DNA of 64,000 bases from the sequence record NC_049383.1; one strand, written 5' to 3'. A model generated the notes under the pieces. That model did no database searches, was not told the DNA's origin, and worked only from the letters and a program-made list of their open reading frames with translations. This document shows, piece by piece, positions 10,093 to 20,056 of this stretch. The position numbers and the translations under genes are program-made. The first letter of the stretch is position 1. Each line of letters begins with the position of its first letter.

Positions 10093-10183
10093 AAGATACG
10101 GATTTTGTGGTTTCTTATTTGGAACTATATAAAAAATCTCACATTAAATTGTGGGATTTTTTTGTTTTTAAGTATTTTTGTAT

Positions 10184-10191
10184 TATATTTG
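10184..10191 (+). promoter_or_regulatory. Bacteroidota-type -7 element (TATATTTG)
   Basis: Follows the hairpin at 10131-10162; ATG at 10215. Confidence 0.7.
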
Positions 10192-10214
10192 CGCAAACTA
10201 AAAATATTTTTTAT

Positions 10215-11789
10215 ATGATTTTAAACCAAAAGAAACACGACCCATCAAAGTACGTTTTTGTTATTGACGGAAATTATTTGATGTCAAGAATGGCATTTGC
10301 TACTGGTCTAGACTTCTTTAAAAATCCTACATCAGACTCTAAAGAGTATTTTAAAGCATTGTGTAGTGGTTTTTCTAAATTAGTCACAGATTATATAGAT
10401 GCTATAGATGATGTTAAAATAGCAATAGATGGTTACTCATGGCGTAAGAAAGTGAAAATGATAGTACCTGAAATTTATAATGATTTACCAGTTGATAAAA
10501 GGACTTATAAAGCAAATCGTAACGTGGATGAAGTACCTATGGATATGAAAGTTGTAAAAACTGTATTCAATGACTTTGCTGATATGATGAAAGAAAAGTA
10601 TAACGTTCCAAAACTTTTAGCAGATAATGCCGAGGGTGATGATTTTCTTTATTATGCTATCAAAAAGGAAATTGAAAATGGTAGAAAAGTTCTTTTATAT
10701 ACATCCGATGGTGATGCACATCAATTAGCAAATGAAAATGTATTCATTCTAAAACAGATGCCAAACGATAGACCTAATAAATTGGTAATGTGTGAGAGTA
10801 AAAAAGATGAATTTTACCCAAATCATGGAAAGGAAACATCAGCTTTAGAAAGTTATTTTGGTGCTAATGATATTAAAACTTCTGATAATCTAGTTAAATA
10901 CTTTAAAGAAGATGATATCATGGTCGCAACACCTGCTGAATTTCTACTTCTTAAATCTATGAGTGGTGATAAAAAAGATAATATACCACCAACATTTGCG
11001 TGGAAAAAACAAGATAAAAATGGTCAGTTAAAAGAGTTCAAACCAACAATGATGTTTATCAAAAAAGGTCTTGAACGCATGGGTAAAACTATAGAAGATG
11101 TGACAGTTAAAGATTTATTCGACCCTAATTTTGTTAAGGATATTTGTGTAAATACTTTAAAATCAACACCTTTAATTGACAAGGTTAATGATTTTAAGAG
11201 GCAGTATAAAGAAAATATGAAGCACGTTTTCGATAAGAAGGGTGATTTCAATCAAATGTTGATAGATACTGTTTTGGGTTCAGAAGAAAAGGTTTTAGCA
11301 CCATTATACACAAATACAAAATTGGATGGAACTGTTTTAAGACCAACATTATCTCAATTGGAATATGCTTTAGAGGTTACAGAAATTTATATGAATAATA
11401 ACCCTGAAAGTAAGATTAAGTTGGAGCTAAAGAACAATGCATTCATTCAAAAGTTTTGTGAAGTTATGCATGAATCACATCCATTAATGCGTGATATAGA
11501 TTTAATCGTTAAAATTTTCATACAAAATAGAACTTTACTATATTTGAATGATAAAACTATTCCTGATTATGTTTTAAAGCAAATGGATGATTGTTACGAA
11601 TCTCAATCTAATTTGAGGTGTGAGGTTAGTGTTATTTCGGATTTCAAAAACTTAATTTCAACAGCACCAGTATCTGAAAGTATGTTTGATGCTATAGATG
11701 ATGATGTTGAAGATGAAGAAAGTGATGTTACAGAAGAGGAATTAGATGATTTATTAGGTGGTATTAGTGGTTTTGAAACTATGTTTTAG
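10215..11789 (+). CDS. rnh: 5'-3' exonuclease / T4 RNase H-like flap nuclease
   Basis: VIDGNYL, WRK, YKANR, EGDD, SDGD and GDKKDNIP motifs; start moved to 10215. Confidence 0.85.
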   Translation: MILNQKKHDPSKYVFVIDGNYLMSRMAFATGLDFFKNPTSDSKEYFKALCSGFSKLVTDYIDAIDDVKIAIDGYSWRKKVKMIVPEIYNDLPVDKRTYKANRNVDEVPMDMKVVKTVFNDFADMMKEKYNVPKLLADNAEGDDFLYYAIKKEIENGRKVLLYTSDGDAHQLANENVFILKQMPNDRPNKLVMCESKKDEFYPNHGKETSALESYFGANDIKTSDNLVKYFKEDDIMVATPAEFLLLKSMSGDKKDNIPPTFAWKKQDKNGQLKEFKPTMMFIKKGLERMGKTIEDVTVKDLFDPNFVKDICVNTLKSTPLIDKVNDFKRQYKENMKHVFDKKGDFNQMLIDTVLGSEEKVLAPLYTNTKLDGTVLRPTLSQLEYALEVTEIYMNNNPESKIKLELKNNAFIQKFCEVMHESHPLMRDIDLIVKIFIQNRTLLYLNDKTIPDYVLKQMDDCYESQSNLRCEVSVISDFKNLISTAPVSESMFDAIDDDVEDEESDVTEEELDDLLGGISGFETMF

Positions 11790-11792
11790 GAT

Positions 11793-12332
11793 ATGAATAG
11801 AAATTTAACTAAAGTAGGTGTAGATGTTGATGGTGTTTTCCTCGACTTCTACAGACACCTTTGTAATCGCAAAGGAATTGATATGATGATGCTTGATGAG
11901 TGGACTAATGATGAAATTAATGAAGTGTTTTATTCGATAATAGGTGATAATGAATTTTGGCAGACAATTCCTGCATTAAATATTCCTGAAATAATAACAT
12001 TTGATTTTGATTATTATATCACAGCATTACCACCCGAACATGAAAATGATAGGAAAATAAATCTAAGAAATTTAGGATTTCCTGATAAACCAATTATTGT
12101 TTCTATTGATAAGGTTAATGATTGTATTAAGCATGGTATTGGTTTAATAATTGATGATAAAATAAGCACTATTGAGGAATGTAACAATGCAGGTTTAGAA
12201 ACTATACATTATAAACCTAATTACTATACTCATAAATATGCAGAAGGTTACCCATCAGTAAGAAGTATGTTAAAAGTTGGTCAATTAGTAAAGCAATTTC
12301 AGGCAAGAAATAAGAACACAAATAATGTATAA
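11793..12332 (+). CDS. HAD-family 5'(3')-nucleotidase-like protein
   Basis: VGVDVDGVFLDF (DxDG), ITA, K and IIDDK motifs. Confidence 0.75.
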   Translation: MNRNLTKVGVDVDGVFLDFYRHLCNRKGIDMMMLDEWTNDEINEVFYSIIGDNEFWQTIPALNIPEIITFDFDYYITALPPEHENDRKINLRNLGFPDKPIIVSIDKVNDCIKHGIGLIIDDKISTIEECNNAGLETIHYKPNYYTHKYAEGYPSVRSMLKVGQLVKQFQARNKNTNNV

Positions 12333-12334
12333 GT

Positions 12335-12808
12335 ATGAATATTTTAAACCAAGAAAAAACCGATACTATTACTAAAATTTCATGGAATGATTTTTTGGAA
12401 GCATTCTTTATTAAGAAAAGTATCTATAAAAAGTTAACACCTAAAGCTAAAGAAGAACATCATTTTATGTTATGTAGAACATTAGCTAAAAAAGACCCTA
12501 TTTATATCAATAAATTACAAGAATATAAACATTGGACTATTATAGATATGCTTCACAGAAAATATTATAATGGTAAAGTTATTCCTAATTTTGTGTTTTT
12601 ATCAAATAAACAAGGTAAGAAAATAGATGTTTTAAAGGAGTTTAAAGAAAATGTTATCGAATACTACTTAAAAATAAATAACATTGAAATAAAGTCATTA
12701 AAAAGGCTTTGTGAGCTTTACCCCGATGATATGAAAGTAGAGTTAAAAGAGATAGATAAAATTCTTAATTCTAAAATCAGAAAATTAAAAGGACAAAAAG
12801 TAAAATAA
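12335..12808 (+). CDS. Hypothetical protein (weak resemblance to clamp-loader small subunit gp62)
   Basis: HFMLCRTLA loosely resembles the gp62 PFxxNRxLS segment; lies in a replication operon. Confidence 0.3.
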   Translation: MNILNQEKTDTITKISWNDFLEAFFIKKSIYKKLTPKAKEEHHFMLCRTLAKKDPIYINKLQEYKHWTIIDMLHRKYYNGKVIPNFVFLSNKQGKKIDVLKEFKENVIEYYLKINNIEIKSLKRLCELYPDDMKVELKEIDKILNSKIRKLKGQKVK

Positions 12809-12830
12809 AAAGCCCCATTCGGGGCTTTTT
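12807..12830. terminator. Bidirectional terminator between convergent genes
   Basis: aaaaagcccc-attc-ggggcttttt. Confidence 0.8.
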
Positions 12831-13594
12831 TAGTCTAAAGAAACTATTTTTGATTTTGTTTTTGGGTAAAAATCTTTATTACTTTTATACATTTTTCCTG
12901 AAATCTGACTTTTTAATTGTGTATTTAATTTCAAAAACGGTGCAAAAAGTGGCATTAAAACAGATGATTTAATACAAATTTGTGATGCTTCTTTTGCAAA
13001 TGAATCAACTATTTCTGAAAATGCTTTAATTGTTTCATTTGTCATATCCAAAGCATCATGGTTTGTTTGTCCTAATGTTGCGGGTTCTTCTGATTTATCT
13101 TCTGAACCTAATGATATAGACTCATTTGAAAGGTGTATAACTTTATCATATTGACTATTTTTGAAATAAAGAGTATTATCCTTCCTTAAATTTATTATTG
13201 CTGATTCATCATCCTTATCATATTGTAATATTAGACCATCTTTTTCAGTAAAAAGAACCTTTACTAATCCACTCGATTCATATTCCTCTAAGTCCTTATA
13301 AAGAAGTACGGCAGACTTTGTGTACTCATTATCATCAATACCCATATCATTAGCTGATTTACCATTAAATGTGTACCAAATAGGACACATTATTTCACCT
13401 TCTATGAAGTCTATTTGTACAATAGAATCGATTGGTGGCGGGTCTAATCTATTGAATGATATATTCTTTGGTATTGCCCAAGGAATTATACTTTCATCAA
13501 CATTATCATAAAATCCATTTACACGGACTTTAACACGACCTATTTTCTTAGGGTCGTCATTATCTATTACTGTTCCAAAATATCCGTTTTCCAT
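12830..13594 (-). CDS. Baseplate hub / tail spike protein (gp5 N-terminal OB-fold)
   Basis: YFGTVIDNDDPKKIGRVKVRV...IPWAIP...PPIDSIVQIDF is the gp5/VgrG OB-fold signature. Confidence 0.8.
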   Translation of the reverse strand: MENGYFGTVIDNDDPKKIGRVKVRVNGFYDNVDESIIPWAIPKNISFNRLDPPPIDSIVQIDFIEGEIMCPIWYTFNGKSANDMGIDDNEYTKSAVLLYKDLEEYESSGLVKVLFTEKDGLILQYDKDDESAIINLRKDNTLYFKNSQYDKVIHLSNESISLGSEDKSEEPATLGQTNHDALDMTNETIKAFSEIVDSFAKEASQICIKSSVLMPLFAPFLKLNTQLKSQISGKMYKSNKDFYPKTKSKIVSLD

Positions 13595-13595
13595 A

Positions 13596-14702
13596 TTATC
13601 TTATTAAATTAGCCAAACCTGCACCTTGAATATTTCCTTGTAAAAGGTTGTTTATATCATCCAACCCAGCACCAATATTATTTGAAAGTGTTGAAACTCT
13701 AGTGGCTAAACCACTTAATTGATACTCTTGATATGTATAATATGATGCTTGACTTTCACCATATCTAGATATATTATCTGTTGTATTTGTTGCTATTTGG
13801 TCTAGAATTTTTCTAGGTGTGAAATCTTTAGTTTCACCACTCAATACAGTTGTTAAAAGACTCATTTCCTCGCTAGAAAATGTCATTTCACCCATCATTG
13901 AAGGTGATAACATACTTAAATCAACATTCTCAAATCCTATAACAAAACTATTAAAGTTTTCCTGAACACTCATATTTGTCATTGCATCATAAAAAGCACC
14001 ACCACTTTCTGTAAGAAATTCACAATTTCCAAACTCGAATAACTGGTGATTTATTTCAGCAAATGATTGTGTTTCCCAGTTTCTAAGATATTTTATATCT
14101 GTTTTAAATACTCTCATATCAATAACATAAACAGACAACCCAAAAGACCTAAGATTCTCAGGTAATACAAATACTTTTCTATTTTTATCGTAAACTACCT
14201 CTCTCCACATTCTATTCAAAGATGCAATCTTTAAATCTAATGTTTCATATGTTCCAATAATTAATTTATTTTGATTCCTAAAGAATGAAATTTGCTCAAA
14301 AGGTTTTGTATAAACCTCTCTAAGACCTTCTATATTATTAAAAATCCAAGGTTGATGTGTATTAACTTCTGAAAGTCTAGCAATGAATAATTTAAGTATG
14401 TTATAACGATATGTATCACCGATATCATCCAAGTATTTCAATGCAGAGTTTGGATAACTTTCATCAGCTAGTAAACCATCAGTTGCTGAAAAGTTAAAAA
14501 ATAGTTTGAATCCATTAACAGTTGGGTCATTTAATAAAGACCTATGATTTTGTCTTAAAAGTTCAGGTGATTTATCATACGCATTCAAAAACTTCTCAAC
14601 ATCTTTATCAACATGGTATGTTTTTCCAATTATAAGATGTTTACCTTTTTGCCTTGCTTCATGTCTTTCAGTATTTGATGCTGTAATTACTTTTAATGCC
14701 AT
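13596..14702 (-). CDS. Tail-tube-like / baseplate-tube junction protein
   Basis: Adjacent to the gp5-like gene; beta-rich pattern (LIIGTYETLDLKIASL..W) resembles tube-fold proteins. Confidence 0.4.
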   Translation of the reverse strand: MALKVITASNTERHEARQKGKHLIIGKTYHVDKDVEKFLNAYDKSPELLRQNHRSLLNDPTVNGFKLFFNFSATDGLLADESYPNSALKYLDDIGDTYRYNILKLFIARLSEVNTHQPWIFNNIEGLREVYTKPFEQISFFRNQNKLIIGTYETLDLKIASLNRMWREVVYDKNRKVFVLPENLRSFGLSVYVIDMRVFKTDIKYLRNWETQSFAEINHQLFEFGNCEFLTESGGAFYDAMTNMSVQENFNSFVIGFENVDLSMLSPSMMGEMTFSSEEMSLLTTVLSGETKDFTPRKILDQIATNTTDNISRYGESQASYYTYQEYQLSGLATRVSTLSNNIGAGLDDINNLLQGNIQGAGLANLIR

Positions 14703-14823
14703 TTTAAATAAATTTATTCTTTAGTATATTTATCATTCTAATATAACAATTAAAATAATAATTATTTTGTTCAATTTTTAACCATGTTCATGAATCGTGA
14801 ACAATACAAAATAATGAACAAAA

Positions 14824-14872
14824 TATTCCGCTTTTATGGAATATATTAACATTATTCCACTTTTATGGAATA
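14824..14872. repeat. Two tandem 20-bp imperfect palindromes (operator-like)
   Basis: TATTCC(G/A)CTTTTATGGAATA at 14824-14843 and 14853-14872. Confidence 0.85.
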
Positions 14873-14882
14873 TTTAATTAAA

Positions 14883-15290
14883 ATACTGATTATCAATATT
14901 CTACACTTTTTATTTTGTCCTTAAAAATAAATGTTAAAATTTTGTTAAAATTGTTAAAATCACATACATAAAATATTCAACATGACCAATTTTTTAACAT
15001 TTTAAATTATAATTTTAAGTAACTGATTTACAACGTTTTATAAGAATTTAACAAATTTCAGTATTTTGTTTAATTTTAAACAATTACACCCGAAAAATTT
15101 TTGACATATACAAAACTTACTGTAGCGACAATATTTTAACAATTTCTTTATCATATTCTCAATAAAACGCATTTTTCATTGAAAGAAAATCAGTAAAAAT
15201 ATACCTAGGTGCATTTTCTTTTATATATTATAAATACAAATAACATAAATAAAAGCGCGCGGAGATAGGTTTAAAAAATTCTTATAAAAA
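14883..15290. repeat. ~410-bp non-coding dispersed repeat, copy 1
   Basis: Manual alignment to 57795-58203 gives about 30 differences (~90% identity), same orientation. Confidence 0.95.
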
Positions 15291-15345
15291 CTATCTAAAA
15301 ATGATTTATTTTTATACATTTGTGATTTAATAAAACTTATAAATT

Positions 15346-15684
15346 ATGAATAGAAATTTTATACGTGATGAGATACTTTATGAATTATGTTTATTAAATG
15401 GTGGGAAACGAAAAATTGGAATAACAAATTGGATGAATATTTTAATTGTTGAAGAAACTGAAATGAAAAGAAAATATTCGATAGAATTTTCGACTGGTTA
15501 TAAATGTTTGGTTACAAAAGAGTATTCGATAAGTGGTAAAAACTTAAATAGTTCTAAAGATGATATTATATACCCACCAAGAGTAAATATTAATTTTTAT
15601 GTTGAAGTTGAAACACCAAAGGGTAAGAATGAGGATGATTTCTATAACTTCCTTACAAAAAATTTTGATAATATATTTATTTAA
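15346..15684 (+). CDS. Hypothetical protein
   Basis: 112 aa; TACATTTG element at 15315-15322. Confidence 0.7.
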   Translation: MNRNFIRDEILYELCLLNGGKRKIGITNWMNILIVEETEMKRKYSIEFSTGYKCLVTKEYSISGKNLNSSKDDIIYPPRVNINFYVEVETPKGKNEDDFYNFLTKNFDNIFI

Positions 15685-15722
15685 CGTATATTTGCATTTC
15701 AAACTAAAATTTATATAAGATT

Positions 15723-17276
15723 ATGCTTATAGACATTGTTCAACGAAAAGGGCGTGTTGAAGTTTCTTTTGTCGATAAAACAGGACAAATAGAATTAACA
15801 TCCATACCCACTACATTTGAGAATTGGGTTAAGTGTGATGAAGACGACCCACAAAAATCTAAAAAGTATCGAAACTGGACTGGTGAACCAGTTAAGAAGG
15901 TACATGATAGGGAATTTAAAGACTTGAATTTGCGTGAATTTTTATTACATAAAGTTCCGAAGGATATTCAAGAAAAGATTTTCGCTTATAATAAACCGAA
16001 TTGGTATGCTGTCGATATAGAGGTTGATGTTAGGAATTGTAATGGATTCCCTGAGCCAACAAAGGCTGAACACCCTATTTCAACAATTCAGGTAACAAAT
16101 CAACAACTTTCCACAGTTCTTTTGATTTTTGATGATATGAATCGTATTGAGGGAACACAGGAATATAAAGACTTTATTTCAGAAAGGGTTCGTAAACACT
16201 TTCAATCATCAAAAAAGGCACAAGATTTAATAAATAAGTATGCGAAGGATGGTGTTTTAAAATATGAACATATTGTTGTTAAGAGTGAGCGAGAATTATT
16301 AAAAGTTTATTTTGCTTTACAGAAAAAATCAATGCATCACATCATGGGTTGGAACTGGCTTGATTTCGATAGTCCTTATATTCATAAACGTGCTGTAAAA
16401 AATAATGTAAATCACTCAATGGCATCACCTGTTGGTGAGTTGGTGAATCGTGAAATATCTCGTGATAAGTTTGCTAAACATAAAGATTCAGAAAAGACAA
16501 AGGAAGATTTAGAACAAGAACGTAAGGAGCGAACATTTTCTACACCACGTCACAGAGTAGAAGTCGATTTGATGCAGGTTATAAATAAGTTCGATTATTC
16601 TATTGATAAAACATCATTAGCTTTAGATGCTATTGGATATCAAGCTGTTGATGTTCCGAAAATAAAGTATGATGGTAGTTTCCGTGATTTATTTTTAGAT
16701 ACAGATAATTTCCTTACATATTCGGCAGTAGATACGATTTTATTAATGATGGTTCACTTGCGTTTGAATACAATTACCTCATTGGAAATGGTTACATATT
16801 ATTCGAAAATTCCATTAGAGCGCGGATTTAGTACATTAGCTTTAGGTGATGCTATGTTTTGGGATGAACAATTTTCAAACGGATTGGTGTTTTGTCACGA
16901 AGATAGGTACTCAGATGATGATGATGGTGATACTGATTTTGAGGGTGGATATGTAATTAATCCTAGATATGCAACAGGTGAATGGGTTGCACTTGTTGAT
17001 TTTAAGTCGCTTTATCCAACTTGTGGTCAGTCTTTAGGTTGTTCTTTTGATAATATCATAAAAGAGAATGCTACGGATGAAGAAATAAAAGAGGCTATTA
17101 AACTTGGTCATAGAGTTTCAATGAATAGAACTATTTATGACAAAGATGATGATGGTACATTGACTCGTGTTTGGAATAGACTAATTTATGAGCGTTATCA
17201 CTTTAAGGATATTCGTTTATTTATTGATAATAAGATGCAACCAGTTATTAAAAAAATGATAGAAGCTCATGGATAA
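15723..17276 (+). CDS. Family-B DNA polymerase, N-terminal subunit (3'-5' exonuclease plus motif A; gp43A-like)
   Basis: ExoI VDIEVD, ExoII WNWLDFDSPYI, ExoIII YSAVD, motif A VDFKSLYP; ends in the fingers helix. Confidence 0.9.
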   Translation: MLIDIVQRKGRVEVSFVDKTGQIELTSIPTTFENWVKCDEDDPQKSKKYRNWTGEPVKKVHDREFKDLNLREFLLHKVPKDIQEKIFAYNKPNWYAVDIEVDVRNCNGFPEPTKAEHPISTIQVTNQQLSTVLLIFDDMNRIEGTQEYKDFISERVRKHFQSSKKAQDLINKYAKDGVLKYEHIVVKSERELLKVYFALQKKSMHHIMGWNWLDFDSPYIHKRAVKNNVNHSMASPVGELVNREISRDKFAKHKDSEKTKEDLEQERKERTFSTPRHRVEVDLMQVINKFDYSIDKTSLALDAIGYQAVDVPKIKYDGSFRDLFLDTDNFLTYSAVDTILLMMVHLRLNTITSLEMVTYYSKIPLERGFSTLALGDAMFWDEQFSNGLVFCHEDRYSDDDDGDTDFEGGYVINPRYATGEWVALVDFKSLYPTCGQSLGCSFDNIIKENATDEEIKEAIKLGHRVSMNRTIYDKDDDGTLTRVWNRLIYERYHFKDIRLFIDNKMQPVIKKMIEAHG

Positions 17277-17568
17277 GGATATAAAAGAATTTATAGAGAA
17301 GTTAAATAGATTAGATGGAACACAACCGTTTCATCTAATCTTTGATAGGTTAATTCAATTAAAAGATAATGAGAGTACCGAGAATACATTACAGTTCATT
17401 AATAACTTTGTTGATGCTAGAGGATTATTTGGAGAAAATAGAATAATTTCTTATCTTCGCGTAATATTAATAGTCTTCAAATCATTTAGGTATGATGAGG
17501 ATTGGAAAGAAACACTTAAAAATGTTCAAGATATAATTGAATCGGAAATGGGTGTAGAACTAAAATAG
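17269..17568 (+). CDS. Hypothetical protein nested in the split polymerase locus
   Basis: 99 aa; ATG overlaps the end of the upstream polymerase gene. Confidence 0.7.
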   Translation: MDKDIKEFIEKLNRLDGTQPFHLIFDRLIQLKDNESTENTLQFINNFVDARGLFGENRIISYLRVILIVFKSFRYDEDWKETLKNVQDIIESEMGVELK

Positions 17569-17590
17569 AACAAAATTAAATTTTAAGTAT

Positions 17591-18490
17591 ATGAGTAGAA
17601 AACTTATAGTAAAGGGTATAGACCCTTCAAATTTTATGAGATTGATTATAAAATCAGCACTTGTTAGAGATAAGAAAGGTGATAAAATCGCGGCTGAGTC
17701 TTTACCTCTTATGATTACTGGTGATAAAATCAAGTCTTTAAAAGAGACAAAAACTGAAACAACTTGTAAGTATTGGTATGAAGATTTAAGTCTTTTCTGT
17801 GAGAATGCCGATGAGGTAAAAGAAATTTTAGGGGATAATACTTGTAGAATTTGGCTTTTCAGTTGTAAAAGTTTAGTTTCGGGATGCTTGAAACATTTTA
17901 AAGAAAAGGTTAATTTAGAAATCATTTTAGATGATGGTAACTTTGATGCTGTTGAATATGTATCTATATTCAATGAGAGTGCTAAGATAAAATTTTCTGT
18001 TGGTGTTGCTTCTGCTACTTTTGATGAGTATGATGAAGAAGATTTGAATGATATTTTTGATGTATCTAGGGCTAAATGTTCATTTTCTTTATCTGATGAT
18101 GAATTAAAGAAGATTAAACAAGCATCTAAGATGGAATATATTTTAGGTAAATCACATGATGCTGTTTCATTTGTTGCTCGTGACGGTTCTTTATATTTCA
18201 AAACATTTACTGTTGAAATTAAATTACATGATACAGATGTTGAGTTCGATGAGTTTTACATTAAAAAAGATGTTATTGAAACTATTGATGCTGAGTCTCA
18301 CAATGTTTTTATAACCAACTGGAATAACACGGATTGTATTATTGTTAATTCTGTTGATTCTGATACATTCCAGTATATCGGTATCTTAAATAAATTCAAT
18401 ACATCTATTGATTTGGAAAGTGTTGAAGAAGAGATTGAAGCTGTTGATTATGCTAGTTTCGATGGTATGGATGAAAACCCATTATTCTAA
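17591..18490 (+). CDS. Probable sliding clamp (gp45/PCNA-like)
   Basis: 299 aa with two repeats of a beta-alpha-beta pattern; FSLSDDELKKIKQAS resembles the gp45 second-domain helix; acidic; lies between the polymerase halves. Confidence 0.6.
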   Translation: MSRKLIVKGIDPSNFMRLIIKSALVRDKKGDKIAAESLPLMITGDKIKSLKETKTETTCKYWYEDLSLFCENADEVKEILGDNTCRIWLFSCKSLVSGCLKHFKEKVNLEIILDDGNFDAVEYVSIFNESAKIKFSVGVASATFDEYDEEDLNDIFDVSRAKCSFSLSDDELKKIKQASKMEYILGKSHDAVSFVARDGSLYFKTFTVEIKLHDTDVEFDEFYIKKDVIETIDAESHNVFITNWNNTDCIIVNSVDSDTFQYIGILNKFNTSIDLESVEEEIEAVDYASFDGMDENPLF

Positions 18491-19902
18491 TGAGTGATGT
18501 TTTAGATATAGCTTTCAAGGCATTAGCTATTGATGAACATTTAATTACAACAAAAGGAAATTCGCCTGACCTCGCACCTGATTTATTTGATGCGAGGGTG
18601 GCGATTGAAAAAACATTTGTTGATTTATGTGAGCGTTTAGATAATGTTGATGAAATAAAGGATGATAAAAAGGCTTTAGAGATTTTGTATGATGATTTAC
18701 AGAATGCATCTATCTTTTATGATGCTACACAGTTATCCGCAAAAACTCTTGCAAATTCAATGTATGGATATGTTGGTGCGCCATTTTCTAGATACTATAA
18801 AAAGTGTGTTGCCGCTGACATTACAGCCGAAGGACGTAACGCTACAAAGATGGCAGATGTAAGAACCACTCAATATTTTGAATCACCTAAAGGATGGGCT
18901 AGTGAGACTGAATATTTCGAAAAGATTAAAGTTGAATTTGCTGATATTATTAATGTTGATAAGTTGACACCTGTAAAGGCATCTAACGGATTGGGTATTT
19001 ATGGTGATACGGATTCTGTATTCTTTATCATGAAGCCTATTTTGGATAGCTTGGGTGTTAAACCTGATGCTGATAGTTATCGTTGTACTGAATTATGTGT
19101 TAGTATAATTATGAATCCTGTTGATAAGATACATAAGGAGTTATTTAGAAGATATGCTGAGAATAGGAATTGTAAGAATTTACAAGTATTTGAATTAGAG
19201 GCTATTTTAAGGCGAACTATTCACCTTGCAAAGAAAAAGTATATTGGTTCGTATTTTTGGAAGGATGGTAAATTTTTAATTCCTAAAGATTTTGATTCGA
19301 TACCGAATGCTTATAAGAGTATTAAGTTAAAATCTACAGGTTTAGAGCTTGCCCAAAAATCGACACCAGTAATTATCAAGGAATATCTTAAAAAGTATGT
19401 TTATTTGATGTTGTCTAGTAAACAGGTTTCTGATGAGTTTTACTTTAAGATGGCTTACGCAATGACTAAAAGTTTTTCTGATATGCATATTGATGATTAT
19501 TCTAAAGCTAGGGCGTTGGGTACATTTAACAAGTATCATGATATAAAACCTAATGGTCAATATATAAAAACTGGTGGTGATAAAGTTATGGGTGCTTGTG
19601 TTCGTTATAATAATGAAGTGATAAATCACGGTTTAGAATCAAAATATCCGATGATTGCGCAAGGTTCAAGGGTTAAGTTTTATGAAGATATTAATCAACA
19701 AACATTTGCATATCCAATTGATGATAATTGTTCTTTTCCCGAAGAATTTGCACCACCACCACACATAAGGTTGAATTTGGAAAAGATGTTATTTAAACCA
19801 TTAGAAAGGATTATGTGTAAGGTTACCAATGCAGATTTGAGTATGTTGGGTTCACAACATTATCAAGTAACTAAATCTATTTTCAAGAAGAAAAAGTTAT
19901 AA
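18490..19902 (+). CDS. Family-B DNA polymerase, C-terminal subunit (gp43B-like)
   Basis: Motif B KTLANSMYG, motif C YGDTDS, KKKY and KSTGLE. Confidence 0.9.
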   Translation: MSDVLDIAFKALAIDEHLITTKGNSPDLAPDLFDARVAIEKTFVDLCERLDNVDEIKDDKKALEILYDDLQNASIFYDATQLSAKTLANSMYGYVGAPFSRYYKKCVAADITAEGRNATKMADVRTTQYFESPKGWASETEYFEKIKVEFADIINVDKLTPVKASNGLGIYGDTDSVFFIMKPILDSLGVKPDADSYRCTELCVSIIMNPVDKIHKELFRRYAENRNCKNLQVFELEAILRRTIHLAKKKYIGSYFWKDGKFLIPKDFDSIPNAYKSIKLKSTGLELAQKSTPVIIKEYLKKYVYLMLSSKQVSDEFYFKMAYAMTKSFSDMHIDDYSKARALGTFNKYHDIKPNGQYIKTGGDKVMGACVRYNNEVINHGLESKYPMIAQGSRVKFYEDINQQTFAYPIDDNCSFPEEFAPPPHIRLNLEKMLFKPLERIMCKVTNADLSMLGSQHYQVTKSIFKKKKL

Positions 19903-19932
19903 TTTATATTAAAACTATAAATAAACTGTATA

Positions 19933-19986
19933 ATATTGTTTGAAAGTCAAAGGTATTTTTTTATACTTTTGGCTTTCAAACAATAT
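19933..19986. other. 24-bp intergenic hairpin between two TATAAATA boxes
   Basis: atattgtttgaaagtcaaaggtat/atacttttggctttcaaacaatat (two G-U pairs); boxes at 19916-19923 and 19986-19993. Confidence 0.75.
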
Positions 19987-20056
19987 ATAAATAAACGACA
20001 AATTTATTTGTCATAAGTGTAAGAAGTTTCAAGATAAAATAAAATTCTAATCAAGT

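Noticed and set aside
14824-14872. Mini CRISPR array
   Set aside because: Only two 20-bp units with a 9-nt gap; too short for repeat-spacer architecture and no cas genes.
17200-18800. Split intein or intron joining the two polymerase halves
   Set aside because: No Cys/Ser-initiated intein N-part at the end of Pol-N and no His-Asn-[CST] junction at the start of Pol-C. The gap is filled by intact, overlapping ORFs, not intron-like sequence.
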